In this document: piece after piece, positions 22,028 through 35,700 of the stretch
How positions within the stretch are numbered: position 1 is the stretch's first letter
Layout of the letters: each line of letters starts with the position of its first letter
Position numbers and translations under genes: made by a program
From: Amphiscolops sp. MND2022
Lineage: Eukaryota
Assembly: GCA_964187785.1 (NCBI GenBank)
Contig: OZ076409.1
Location: forward strand, 33,666,001 to 33,730,000
Reading direction: 5' to 3'
DNA: 64,000 nt
Notes under the pieces: generated by a model
Told to the model about the DNA's origin: nothing
Seen by the model: the letters and a program-made list of their open reading frames with translations, nothing else
Database searches by the model: none

Positions 22028-25000
22028 TCATTGATAACACGATCCAGTGAGCTTTCGTAACTTTGCTACTGGTTGGACGCAATTCCCTGTGATTGTCTTC
22101 AACTCTTGAAACTCTTGTAATACCATCATTACCTTCAAAAAAAATTTGACAACTCGACCAGTTTTCCAAATAAAAGGTGGCTCATTGTTTTCAGCGAATA
22201 AAACCAAGTCACATAGTGCAAGCTGTGGACTGTTAATGAACTATTTTCAGCGAACTTGAGTTCAGTTAGATAATCGCGCTTCCATGATTTCCAAAAATCT
22301 CGATACATGTTTTGAAGTAATTTGAATCGCTGATTGCTTTTGATTACTATATCTTCTTGTGGTAAAGAGATCATCGAATCACCTATCAAACAATGTCCAG
22401 GAGTAAGAGCTGAAAACTCATTGGGATCATTTGACATTGAGTTGAAAATTGCTTCTACTTGATTGATGAAAGTAATTCCTCATACTTTAACTTTTGTATT
22501 CCAACTACAAACCTTAAATGGCGTTTCATGCTCTTTACTCCTGCCTCCCACACTCCACCAAAATGAGGTGCACGTGGAGGGATTGTTTCCCACTCAATGT
22601 CCTGTTGATTCAAATGCATTATCAAAATTCGCTTTGATTAGACTTGCCAAGAGTTGCTTCTATTTTCATTAGATCATTTCTCGCACCGATAAAGTTACTG
22701 CCGTTGTCACTAACGATCGTCTTGGGTTTCCCATGACGAGCAGCAAAACGTTTTAGAGCCATAATACAATCTTGCATGTGAAAACTTGATACCATTTCCA
22801 AAAAGACTGCTTTTGTTGCCAGACTAACGAACACTGCTCCATAGATTTTAGGGAATTTAACCCCTTTAATTTTGATTGGACCTGCGAAATCTAATCCAGT
22901 TTGAGAAAAAAAGGTCGTGCTGGGGTTACTCTTACTGTTGGCAGGTCTGTCATCAACTGTTCAATCGGGCGGGATTGAAATCTATAGCATTTCAAACAAT
23001 TACGCAATCTTTTGTTGACAGTTTTTCTTCCACTTATGATCCAAAACTGCTGTCGTATCGTGTTTAGTGTAAGTTGGCCCCCACTAGCGTAGTTTCAAGA
23101 AAGTGGTCGATAATCAGATTTGTGAGAGGAATTTCCGTTGTCAAAAGATATTGGAACTTTTTATCTTCCAAATATTCAGACTGACTTAGTCTACCACCAA
23201 CTCGAATAATGTCATATTAAGCATCATAAAAGGGTGAACGATTCTTGAGAAGCGTTTTCTTGTTTAGGTCGTTGTTTTTTCAACGCATTGAGTTCTTCAA
23301 ATAGGTGTGAAAGCTGTTCTTGACGAACTTATTCTGCGCATATTTCCTGACTGTGCCATCTGTCAGTACTGATGTTTCTTTACTTTCTTTTTACACTTGA
23401 AAATAAACTTGAGTACGTAACTGGTTATCCGAATTAATTTATCGAGGTTGCTAAATCGTTTGATTGGGAGTAGATCATCAATTTCTAGGAACGTAGCTTG
23501 ACTTGCGTGTGAGGTAGGTTGGTCTATTTTACAAGTCACCTTTTCCGATGCCTTTTTTTCAACGTTTCTACTTTGTTTGGCAAAGGAATTTTCGACCAAC
23601 AGCCAGATTCCAGAGGCACCCAAGTTGGACTCTGCCACCACTGTGTTGAGTTTACAAGGGTTTTGACTGAGACACCTCTTGAAGGTAGATAAGCTGGATT
23701 ATCATTTTTGAGCAGTCTTTTTACTACATCTTGAATTTGAGCCACTCCATTCGCGACGAACGTATTCCATATTCTACGTTCGTGGAATCTGTGCAAGCGA
23801 TGAAAATTTCGATCAGTTTCATCTAAAGCTTCCTGTCGGTACACCTTTGGCAATGTCGGCAGATATTGCAGTTGGATATATTTTAAACCGGCGAACTAAT
23901 CATCCTGTATCATTAGAGATTTACCACTAGAAGTTTTTGCAGATCCGTCAAAAACTTTCGTTTTCTGATAGTGGAGTCCTCCTTGAAAACACAATGATGT
24001 GGTAAGTAGAAGCTTTGACCATCTGGTACTTCTACCGCTGCCTCAGGAGCCACCTCCGTGTGCTGCATGTCAATGAACTCATCAATGAAATCAGTGAATC
24101 GTTTTTTCAGGTCTGGTTTTGCATTCAAGCGATTTTCCAAGTAAATCTTCACTTGGCTTGACTCAAACTAATTCCTAGCTTCGTTGACGGCTTGAAAGGA
24201 AGCTTCACAACGTAACGATTATTTTCTATCCTCGTATTTTGACAAAAATGTTCATTACAGTCACTTTCTTCCTTTGTCCACAATGGACGTTGCGGCAATT
24301 CTTCAATTTCCCAGAATTGTTGAAGTTGAAAGTCAAGTGAGTCAACCGATGCACGAAAAGCCTGAGTATTACCTGAGTTTTTCGAGGGCGCTGTTCTTGA
24401 TACTGTCTATCCGAAAACCGTTTGGCGGGCAAACAAGTTTCCTGTGATTTGCTTTCTCTTATGTCCAACTATTTTTTCATGAATGTCCATTCCGAGGATG
24501 ATATCTATTTTACCTGACTTGTGAAATTTTGAATCAAAAAATTCAATCTCAAATTTTTGAATGTTTGCTGGCACTTGAATTGACTTTGAAGGTAACAAAC
24601 TAGTGAGTTTTGGGAGAATGAATGCAGAAACTTGATGTACGTTTGACATTCTGTCCACTAACTGTAAATCGCATGTCCCATGTTCAACAACAGTTGAAGT
24701 TCCATTAAAGCCCGTAACACTTATCTCAGACTTTCTACAGGAAACACAATTTCCGAAAACACTGCTGGCTTATCAAACTAGAATCCGAGCCAGTATCAAG
24801 TAGTGCAGGTCATTTTTCAAGTTTGCCTGATGGAGTTTTGAGATGAACCTCGATTGTAAAACTTGTAGGAAGGTGAGCCACTATTTAGCAGGTTCATCTT
24901 CAAGTGACGCTTTCAAGTACTACAGTTTCTGGATAGGACTCAATGAAAAATTGCCATCATAGTCCCTCTGAAGAGGTCAAAAAATGGAGTCTAATCCGAA

Positions 25001-25467
25001 TATTTGTCATTGAAACTGGGCAAATTGGTCTTTGGGAGTTTTAATCCAGATGATTGTCGATTAGGTTCTGTATTCATATCGTCTCGAGGTTGTGGTTCCG
25101 CATTTGATCCTGATTCGTATTGAGCAATTGCAGTCTCAATAAGGCTGACGATTGTTTCTGATTTGAATTCGACATCAAAGACTTTGTTGGTTTCTTGTTC
25201 CAATTGTCCTGGTGTTACTTCAGCCGATTCAAGCTCCTCTTGAATCTGTTTGTTGACATCAGAAACCTTTGCTGACTGCATATTCATCTTATTCAACCCA
25301 ACTTTCAAAGTTGTGAGTTCGAGAAGCGTCAATTGACAGACTGGTGTAGTCAGAATTGTCTTCAACATGCTTTCCGTCCTCCTGACGGTGCTGATGTGTA
25401 TCCTGTTCTTGTGCGTATTAGTGCTTCCATCTTTGAGAATTCCTCTTTCCGGGTCACTAGGTACCAA
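22028..25467 (-). pseudogene. BEL/Pao gag-pol remnant
   Basis: ORF fragments 24991-25467, 24407-24658, 23913-24152, 23536-23853, 23363-23641, 22622-22834 and 22135-22437 carry BEL motifs. Confidence 0.9.
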
Positions 25468-25471
25468 TTAA

Positions 25472-26099
25472 TGTGCGGGATAGCAAAATTTTAAGAATAT
25501 ATTTCATGAAAGCACTGCATTTTGTTGAGTGAATGAAAAGGAGTGATGAAACGAACAATAATTGAGTCAAGCGGGAAAGCATAAAGTTGTCAATGAATGA
25601 GCTATGACTAATTCTACAGAGCACAGAATAAAATAGGAAACATGTTTATGTTCTCAAAACCTAGGACACCTTGAAATTATTCAACATTTTAAGATTCAAA
25701 TTGAGTGACTTTGTTGATCGTGATGCCAACCGTTCATTCTCGGACGTAATAGACGAGTTCCTGAGTACTCTTTGCTCAGCCCGAGAGAACAGAAGAAATA
25801 CCAGTCACGAATTTGCCGTCTTTCGATGATTTTGTCGCAATTCTTTCTAATCCAGAGCGGAAATTCAGCCATCTTCCATTGCGAACCATTGAGGAAAGAT
25901 GGGATAACCCTTTGGAAGTTGCTCCTATTCACAAATCGGTGGTAAGATTGAGTGACAAGTATCTAGCAAACTTAAAAGGACTTATCATGGAGAGGATTGA
26001 GTGTTAACAATTGTGACGATAGCCCTGCCCGTGTAAGATCGGGTGTGAAAATTCAATTCCCTTTCACCATCGATCCTCTTTTGGATGCATCACAGTTAA
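25472..26099. repeat. LTR-like repeat, 5' copy, abutting the PBS; cut at ~26099 by a HINE copy
   Basis: TG at 25472 next to the PBS; homologous to 20561-21201; also preserves the 5' part of the JmjC-like frame. Confidence 0.8.
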
Positions 26100-26540
26100 G
26101 TCGACGTCCCATTTAAGGCTCAAAAAGCGCCAAGTGCTTCAAAACTCTACGGTTCTCAATCTGACTACAAGGAAGTCTCTTTGGGCTTGAGAAAACTTTA
26201 TTGTAACTTTCACAAAGGCTAAATGAAATTCATGAAAATTCTGAAAAGTGTCTTTATGCTGAAATGTCCCCGTTGCGCTAAAAAGTGTTATTTTTCTCAC
26301 TAACAATTGAGCAAAATGCCCAGAAATTAAAATCTTTTCGAACTAAGTTGCACACAGCTGAAAATAAACCCCCATATTGCTTGTGATCCGAATAAATATG
26401 TTTAAAAATGACATGAATGATCTTTTGAATAATTCTAGCATTTGTAGAGTTTAGAACTCTTATGGTCACTTTGAGAAGACTAAAGAACTTGACGAAAAAC
26501 CATTATAATAGTAACATTTTATTTCATGAAGCGCCGACTC
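26097..26540. mobile_element. HINE-like repeat copy lacking its terminal stem-loop end
   Basis: Begins AAGTCGACGTCCCATTTAAGGCTC (variant of AGTCGGCGCCATATCTAAGGCTC); GCGCCGACT at 26531-26539. Confidence 0.55.
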
Positions 26541-26722
26541 AGAACGCACCATCAACTGTTGGCGAAAAAATCAAGATGACTCGCAGCGCTCTAAGGCAAA
26601 ATGTTTAAACAAAAATGAATTTGAATTCAGAAATGGCAATCAGAATACACATAAAAAGGTAATGAAAAATATTATAAAAAATTAGGGTGAATTGTTTATT
26701 AGCAACAGTGAGATATCCTTTT

Positions 26723-29700
26723 TCATGATGGAGGTACTATATGATATTGGATGGGCACAGCCTTCTGTTGCTTGTCACATGCAAACAGCCACGAAGGTTT
26801 TATGAACTGAACTGACGAGTTTTCCTCAAGTACGTCATCAAAATCACTGTTCCAACTGTTGCCAGTCACGATGTAGTTTACATCTTCATCCATATAAGGA
26901 CACAGAAACCTTTGAAAAGAAGAACGGTTGAACTGAAACTTAGAATAGAACAGGAAAGTATGAATTTACTTTGTTAACTGAGCACATTGACACAAAAAGC
27001 ACGTCATAAGGAATCTATAACCTAATGATGTTTTTTGAGACTTTCCATTAAACTGGTGGGTCACAGATGGTTATTTACATCTCATGGTAAGGGAGAAAAA
27101 TCTTCAACTCCAATAAAAGCTGTCTGAAACAACATACATAATGCGAAACTTGGTATGAGTTAACTCTTTGGAATTTCTCTTACATTACATTTATCACAGA
27201 CTAATTATGAATAATAATACACAAATTTTCAGCCTTGAATTGGTCCTTTAACCATGTGTCATTAAGCGCAGCTTCATTTCAGAACGTCAAACGTCCGTAC
27301 CCATTGTATGCAATGATGACTCTTTTCAGCTGCCGGCGTAGATCTTCAGAAAAATCGCCGAAGAGGAAAAACTTGCGTCTCTTGAAAAAATCAGGCAGAG
27401 GAGGCAATTCCCCGCTGAGTTTGGACTCCAACTCTTGTCTATCTGGTTCTGCAGCTGCGTTGGTGACGTCATTTTCGTATTCATACTCGCTGTCTGTTTC
27501 GGCATCATACACATCTTCACCTGATGCTGTTGCGACATTTCCATTTATAGATTTCTCTTTGCCAGAAGAACCGGAATTAGTTGTAGATGGAGGAGCTGAA
27601 AAGACGAATACTGAGTTTTATTATTATGTTGGACTAACTTTACTCGTTATGAATTACAGCTATGCATTGTTTTGAGGATTATACAGCAAAACCAATATAA
27701 TTTCGATGAGACATCAATAATTGACCTCAGTGTCGTAGTGAAAACAGTATACATGTTTTGAATTATTCTAGAGAATCAAACTGCAACGTTCTACTTAGGG
27801 CAATTACGAATTTTAACATTTGCTACTTACGACTCACAGTTTGCTGAACTTTCATGAGATGAATTTCAGATTCTCCTTTAACACTGGATGGAACAGGAAT
27901 CAAGGAGTACCTAAAAAGTAAAACAACGACATATTTCAGTGATTTCCAGTGCAGTAGAATCGAAACCAAACACTTCGGTAATAATCGTGATATTTTGCGA
28001 GAACTCGTTTTGGTTACTTGAAAGAGCCGAGCCTATTAATTAGTCCTCTATTTATCAATATGGATCGGATCAAACATTTTTTGAAGAAAACAAACAAGAG
28101 CCGCATCTGCGGTAAAGGAGTTGGCTTAGAGCTTTTTCATTCTGACTCGCTCGAATCCCAGTCATACGATTTTGATGCCAGTGCACACATAGCACCCTTA
28201 TATGGTGTAGAATGACTGTAACAAATTTCGTTCGAATCATATGGAGAGTTTTTGAGAAAATCGAAAAAAGTTGAAATATGGCTATTTTTGACCATTTTGG
28301 GTTAATTTGGCTGTGAAAAATAGTAACTGCTGAACGTTTTTCAAAATTTGCCACGTTCCAATGCCATGTCCACATTGAAGGGGTTCTCCTATTTATTTAA
28401 ACTTTAATTTTTGATTGACCACAAAATGACAAAACATCCAAAAAATATCCAAAAAAGTCCAAACCGAATAAAACTTCATTGAAGAGGAATCAGAAAAGGT
28501 TTGTTGGAAAGTGCCTGAATGACACGCAAATGGTCGAAAAATCATATGCTAACTTTTGTTAAAATCATGTTGAAATCATTCAATCGCAACTTTTGTTCGG
28601 TTTTTGAGTTTCCAAGAATTAGAATATCCAAAGAGTTCCACGTTGACACAACTAAACGATCGAACGTGATTCTTAGAAGATGTTGGTTCAACAAATTGCT
28701 AGGACATTGCGATATATATGCCGCAACGAACTAGCAAGATCTTGCTAGTTCGATTAACAGCCAATGAAAACGCGTTATTATTCTAAACGTGTGATTTGGC
28801 GTTACGCGTAGTGATCAAAATATTAAAATATCCTCCCAAAAAAAACCAAAACTTTGCAGAGTTTACAACAAATTTCTGTACAACTGTTGAACATTTACAG
28901 ATTTCAAAGATAAACTTTTGATTTAGGAGACTAGTGATGTCCCTTTTTAATTTTTAAAAGGTCTTTTTATATTAAAGGGTCGGCCTTAAAATTCAAAGGA
29001 TCCTTTAAAGGATTAGAAGAAACATATTTCAACAAATACTTTAAGGGGAACGTCAAAGACAATGTAATACACATCTAATTTTCAAACAACAGAATATTTG
29101 TTTATGCTGAAATCTGATTGGCTGAACTTTCGAATCGAAGTGAATTCACTACGCTGAAAACGCGTGTCTGATTTTGTCGGAATTATTAGGAGTCGGAAAA
29201 AATTATGCAATCGTGTCGTTTTTTTTCTTTCGACCTTACAAAAAATCCAGATAAGATTCATAGAATAATTTTCTCACCGCGCTATTAGTATTTATAATTG
29301 CTGTCAAATTACCTTTTTATCGATGTTTAAAGCAAGGATTTTTTAAAGGATCCTTCATAGGATCCTTCAAAGGAAAATAAAAAGGGACATCACTGTAGGA
29401 GACCCTTTATAAGAGAAATCAGCAGTACATCATTTGGAAAAGCCTCTATATGCACAAAGTAGCAGAAATTGCATTTTCTGTTTTGACTTTTCGATGTAAT
29501 TTTTTATTCCAAGTTCTGGGTTTTTGTGGGTATTACTACAAAGAGTCCAGAAACCAAATGCGTGTCTATTTAGCACACTCACAAAGATAAAAACGTAATT
29601 CAAAAAAGCATCAAAACTGCCCCAAACAAACCGAAAAATCGGAAAATTTCAATTTTTTGAAAAATTAGAGTCAATTTCTAATCAGTTCTCAGGAAGTGTC

Positions 29701-32700
29701 GCAGATTACAACATTCAGTAGGTTTTTAGAAAAAACTTGGAGCGTTTACGAAAATTGTGATGGGTATAAATAATCACAGCGTTGCGGACACATGAGTAGC
29801 CACATTTGAGAAAGTTCAAATTAAGAAAGTTGGCACTAATTTCGTCATATTACACAAAATGCACAATCTAGAGCCAAAAAAATCTTTGAACGCTTTCATT
29901 GGATAATCTTCGCATGTTTTTGTAACTCTGAATATACATGGACCAATAAAAAGTTTGGCTACTAAACGAACTTTATTTTGAGAAACCATCATTCAGTCTC
30001 AAAGCAAGACAAGGCATAAAATGAAGTTGAAAAAATAAAATTTTTCACACTAAGCGAAAATAGTTCTAAGCTAATTTAGTTCGAGCGGAAAATATCCCAT
30101 TGTTCAGCGGGCCTTTTATTAATTGTCTAAAAGACTACTTGTTTTCAATCAAAACTTTCTGAAGAATTGGCTCGACGGCAGTCACTTGGGAACAAGGTGA
30201 GTCTGAGCAATTCCAATGAAATTTCAAGTTCCGCAGAAATATTGAGGAAATTTTTAGAAGCGCGCTAAACAAGGACAATTTTTAAGACAAGGACGTCTTA
30301 CAGTATTACACAATGTCATAATACAATTCCTCCAGGCATTGAGTATTATAAGTTATACTACATTTTCCGGTATCCATGAATACTAACTGAGATATGTTTA
30401 GTTTACACTTTCTGTTGTAACAATCTTCGATCCACTCTTTCTTCACAATGCGGGCATTCGGGAAGCCGTTTTTCACTTGATTGAATTTCGGAGTGTTGGA
30501 AAATGCGCATCTGAAACAAAAAAAACAAAAACATCAATAGAAATCGACTTTGATACAAGTTTATCACATCTGGATTTTTGAAATGAAAGTCTTAGAAGTA
30601 TCAAGAATGTAAAAAGTGTGAATTTTAAAGTAAAAGGAATCGTTATGACTAGCGCGCTTGCACAGATAAATAGGCATTTTGTCGCTCAATGATTGTGAAT
30701 ACTGAACATTTTGAATAAACGTGCGTAGAAGTGCGTAGCAGATAATATTGATATTTAAAAAATCGTTAGGTTTGAAAGACAACAGAATCTAACATCAAAT
30801 GTGTGCAACTAGGAGACCAGTCCTGTTTGAATTTGGCACCCATTTCCATGGCCTTCTGTCGCAGCTCTGTCCTCGTGGGATTCACAAATCCACTCAGACA
30901 AAACACCACTCCTGAACACAGTCTTCATGTCACTACAGGACCCTCAAAACTAAATTATCTCTCAAGGATAAATTCTCACAAAAGGGTTGGTAAGGCTTCA
31001 ATTTTAAACGCGGAACATGAATTGTGTGAAATAACTGACTATTCAAGTTATTTTCAACAAGTTTTACTGGGTTTCAACAAGCCTGCAACCAAAAACCGAA
31101 TAAAGCGCTAAAAGGATAACCGATCAAAGTATTAACTTTGTAGCTGACTTCGAACATTTCAAACGAATTTGGTTTTCAACAGAAGTCACGACAACTTCCG
31201 CCTGCCTGGGAACTTTCTTAAACTTTTTCTGAAACGAACGTGATAACTTTCACTTGTCTCGATTCAATGAATGTGAAAACTTCTCAAACTAACTGTTGAA
31301 TTGCTGTTGACTAAAAACGATTTACCTTATTCGATACACTGGATTGAAATAGAAACTGTTGACACAAGATTTCTTCGATTAGAAAAGAATAGACCCAGAT
31401 TGATTGGAACGGTCTATTTTCTCTCTTTCGGTTTTCTTTTCCATTGAAACTTCAGACCCACCAATCAATCTGGGCCGCTCTGAATGAGCTAAAAGAGTAA
31501 AAGAAACTGAATGCAAACCCCACAGTTTTCTTACATGGCGCCCTAAAGATCCGAACCCGCTTTTCTCTGGGAACTGGCTGGCCTTCTGTCTACGACGGCT
31601 AACTCAATTTGCAATCACAAAAAATAGGAATTTCTTTGCTTTCTTTGGGGTTAAGTTTAGGTTATCGAATCAGTATCAAAAGTATCAAATTAAGGTTGTC
31701 TACCGAAAGATACGCCTCAGAATTTGATTCTTCTGCTGCCTTTTGTTAAACCAACTTCAACCTGCCATTGATGATCACATTGTTGCCGCAAGTTTCAAGT
31801 TAGAGTAATCTCCAGCTAGATTCACTACAGAACTTGTCTCTTCCATCAATTGACCAGCCAATTTGTTGCGATCCCTTGCAATTTCCTTTTGTGACTCACC
31901 ATGCCTTCCAAAGTCAACCAGCCAAAAACTTCGCTTGCACAGCGTAACTTTCATATCGCAAAAGCCACTCGCCTCTTTAGCAGGATATATAGAGCCATCG
32001 ATGAAGAAAATTCGAACTTCAATATTGAACCCATAAAAACGGAATTGAAAACAATTCTCGCTGATGTCGAAGAATCAACGCTATTTTTACTCGATCATCT
32101 ACCAGAGAATGCAACAGCTGACCAACTCATCGTCGATTTCACCAAAATACAGGATGAATACGACGACTTGACAGAAAAGTTCTCCAGTTTGGTCAAATCT
32201 GCAACTGCAAATCAACCCGAGGAAACATGTAACAACCGCTCTGCAGTCGACCTACAGCAACCAGCCGACACAATAATTGACGCCACATCAGGAGAAACGC
32301 TAGCGGTACATAATCACATCGGACCTTCCATTCAAAATGATCCGCTTAACAATACGCGTCTTTCCTCCGCAGATGTGCAACCACAAGCAGACACCCAGCA
32401 GCCTACGCCTTCTACAGCACTCGACCCGCCACATAACACTCTCTCTCATCTCGCTCGACCAAAACTGAAAATTGAGCCGTATGACGGAGACCCGATGAAA
32501 TGGAACTTGTGGTACGGTCTTTTCAAAACCCTAATCCACGATCAGCCAATTTCGTTAGCAGAAAAAATGACCCATCTTCAAACTCTGACCATTGGAGTAG
32601 CAAACCAAGCTATTTCAGGGTTCTCATGTAACAGCCAGATGTACGACGCAGCTATTACCGAACTACAACGACGATTCGGAAGACCTGAGATAATTGTCAA

Positions 32701-35700
32701 CAAGTTTCTACACCTTCTACAGAACTTCCGTCAGCCTTCAGTACAGCATCGCAACACATTTACAGAGTTTTCAACTTTCGTTAACAACCTCGTGGAAACA
32801 TTCCAATCACTTGGTTTCTACAATGATCTGAACTCGACACTGTACGTTCAATTTGCTGTGAACAAGTTGCCGCCTACTCAACGACTACAATGGTCACAGT
32901 ATGCGGTGACTAACAACTTGCAACAACCGAGCCTCATCCATTTCAACATTTGGATGCGACAATTCGCACTCGCTTGCGATAATCTTCCATATAGCCCAGA
33001 TAACCGCCCGTCGACTAACTCCACAACAAAAGACCAAACTCCATCACGATTTCCCCAACACAAACAGAATCGACAACTTTGTCCTTTCGACAAAATTGAT
33101 CATCATCCATCCCATTGCTCCATTTACAAGAACGCAAACCTGCAACAGAAACGCCAAATGGTGTTAGACAACAAACTTTGCCTGAATTGTCTAGGACACC
33201 ACTTGAAAAACGATTGTAAGTCTCAGCACAACTGTCGTTCTTGCAATCGCAAACATCATACAACCCTACACGACGAAAACATACTGCAAACTCCCCGACA
33301 ACATAGTGAGCAGTCCAACGACAACAGCCGCAATTCCAAATCTACAACAAAATCTTTCGCCAACAGCAAGAAGCCTCTCCAAAACACTCAGTTTGCTGGT
33401 AACCAATCATCTACAAGCCCACCTCCACCTGACATTACAAATGTTGGTGCCCTTTTGATGGTGGTACCAGTGACATTAGAAAATGAAAATACCTTCATCT
33501 CAACATATGCTTTCCTCGATTCAGGAAGCACATGTAGTTATCTACTATCAAACGTTGCTAGCAATTTGCAATGCAAGATCACTGGACCTGCTGTGAAGCT
33601 CGACATTGGAGGGTTTCACGAGTCTAAATCACTGGAAGCAAATATAGTTTCAGTGAAAATTCATCCTTTCGGTAACATCGCTGAAAGTTTCACCATCAAC
33701 CACGCTTTCGTGTTGCCGTCCTTCAACCTCGCCGACGTTGATACCACATTTCTCAATGACATCTGTCAACAATTTCCCCACCTTCAAAGCATAAACTTTC
33801 CGCAGCTTCTAAGCAACCAGATCGGACTAATCTTAGGACAGGACAATTTCGATCTCATCACTGCTCGAACTGTCTTCAAAGGTCCTCCAAACGCACCGCG
33901 CGCAGTTCTAACTAACATAGGTTGGACCATCGGCGGTCCCCATGACAGCCGTTATCATCAATCAACTTTCCATGCCACAACCTTCCACTGTCCCACCTCC
34001 ACCGACAGTCATCACGACGATGACGACTTATACGATCTTCTCGCGTCCTTCTGGAGAATGGAAAACTTCGGGATTAATCCTGAGGTCACCATGTCAAAGG
34101 AAGAAAAACACGCTCTCAATACACTCAGAGACACCATTCTCTTCGTGGACAACCGATACGAAGTAGGATTGCTCTGGAAACCGAACGCCGAACTTCCGAA
34201 CAATTTCGCCGCCGCCATTCAACAATTCAAAAAATTGAAACAACGACTCAATCGGGACCCAATCACTCTCGACTTGTATTCCGCAACTATTGAGAACGAT
34301 CTCAAAAATGAATACATTCGCCGCGTTCCCGCCGATGACATTCCCTCCACTGGTTGGCTCTTACCAGAACACGGAGTTCTTCACCCGAATAAACCTGGAA
34401 AACTCCGACGAGTTTCTAACGCTCGAGCCAAATATAAAGGAGTGTGTCTGAATGACATGCTTCTTACTGGTCCCGACCTACTAGCCAACCTTCTTGGAAT
34501 CATCCTCCGATTTCGCGAAAATAAGTACCCGCTTTCCGCCGACATTGAAGCGATGTATATGCAAGTTTCCGTACGCCCGGATGATCGAAAATTCCTCCGC
34601 TTCCTTTGGGGCGCAAACGATCCCCAATTCTTCGAATACCTTCGATTCGTGTTCGGAGCCAAATGCTCTCCAACATGTGCTAATTTTGCTCTCCAAACTT
34701 GCGCCGATGACCACTCAACCGACTATCCGCATATACAACGCCTCGTTCGTGACCATTTCTACATGGATGACCTTTTCGTTTCCACCGACACCGTTCAGCA
34801 AGCCGTTCAAATCATTCATGATTCCCGAACCGTCCTATCGCGCGGGGGGTTCAATCTGACAAAATGGATCACCAACTGTCTTGAAATCTTGTCCGCAGTT
34901 CCTTCCGAGCATCGCGCATTGCAACCCGAAGAGCTCGACCATGCTCCCAAAATGCAGAAGGTTCTCGGAGTCGAGTGGAATCTATCCACTGATGAACTGC
35001 AATTCTCTCCTGATAAGCTGAAAAACCAGTTGGGTCAGAAACCTACGCAGAGAACCCTTTTGCGCGCCACGTCCTCCGTGTTCGACCCTCTCGGAATCGC
35101 CGCTCACGTTACAATTCGTTTTCGCATAATTCAGCAGACTATTTGGCGAAAAGGCTTGAAATGGGACGACCCAATAACTCCGTCCGTCTTGCCAGAATTC
35201 TTCGTCACAGTTGCTGAATTGCCGGAACTGTCTTCCGTCACAATTCCGCGACAATACTTCCGTGATAAACCGTACGCCATATCGCTCCATGTGTTCACTG
35301 ACGCTTCCTACTCCGCACTCGCTGCCGTCGCGTATTTCGTTTACCGTTGTTCGCCGTCGTCACCGCCCGAAGTTTGTTTCGCGCTTGGTAAGGCCCGAGT
35401 TGCCCCCTTGCAGCAACATACCATAACAAAGCTCGAACTGCAGGCAGCTCTTTTGGGCTCCCGCCTCGCACACTTTGTTCAACACGAACAGCGACTCTCC
35501 TTCGACTCTATCCATCTCTGGACAGATAGCACTACTGTCTTGCAGTGGATTTACGGATCCCATCAACGTCAACAAATTTTTGTTGCCAACAGGGTAGCAG
35601 AAATACTCACCAATACACAATCACATCAATGGAATCATTGTCCTGGAGAAACGAATCCCGCCGATGATGGTACACGCGGAATTCCGTTCCGCGACTTTCA

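Larger units (their letters stand above)
20553..26099 (-). mobile_element. Decayed, internally deleted BEL/Pao LTR retrotransposon with LTR-like terminal repeats
   Basis: PBS-like TGGTACCTAGTGACCCGG (25449-25466, -) directly after ...CA at 25472, then gag (LKLPKTNLPSF), HHCVFKEDST, WWQSP, RFSNLDKLIRI and integrase (LEMVSS, IVSDNGSNFIG, ALTPGHCLIG, FWKSWKRDYL). The RT core and RNase H appear deleted. A ~620-bp direct repeat flanks both ends. Confidence 0.85.
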
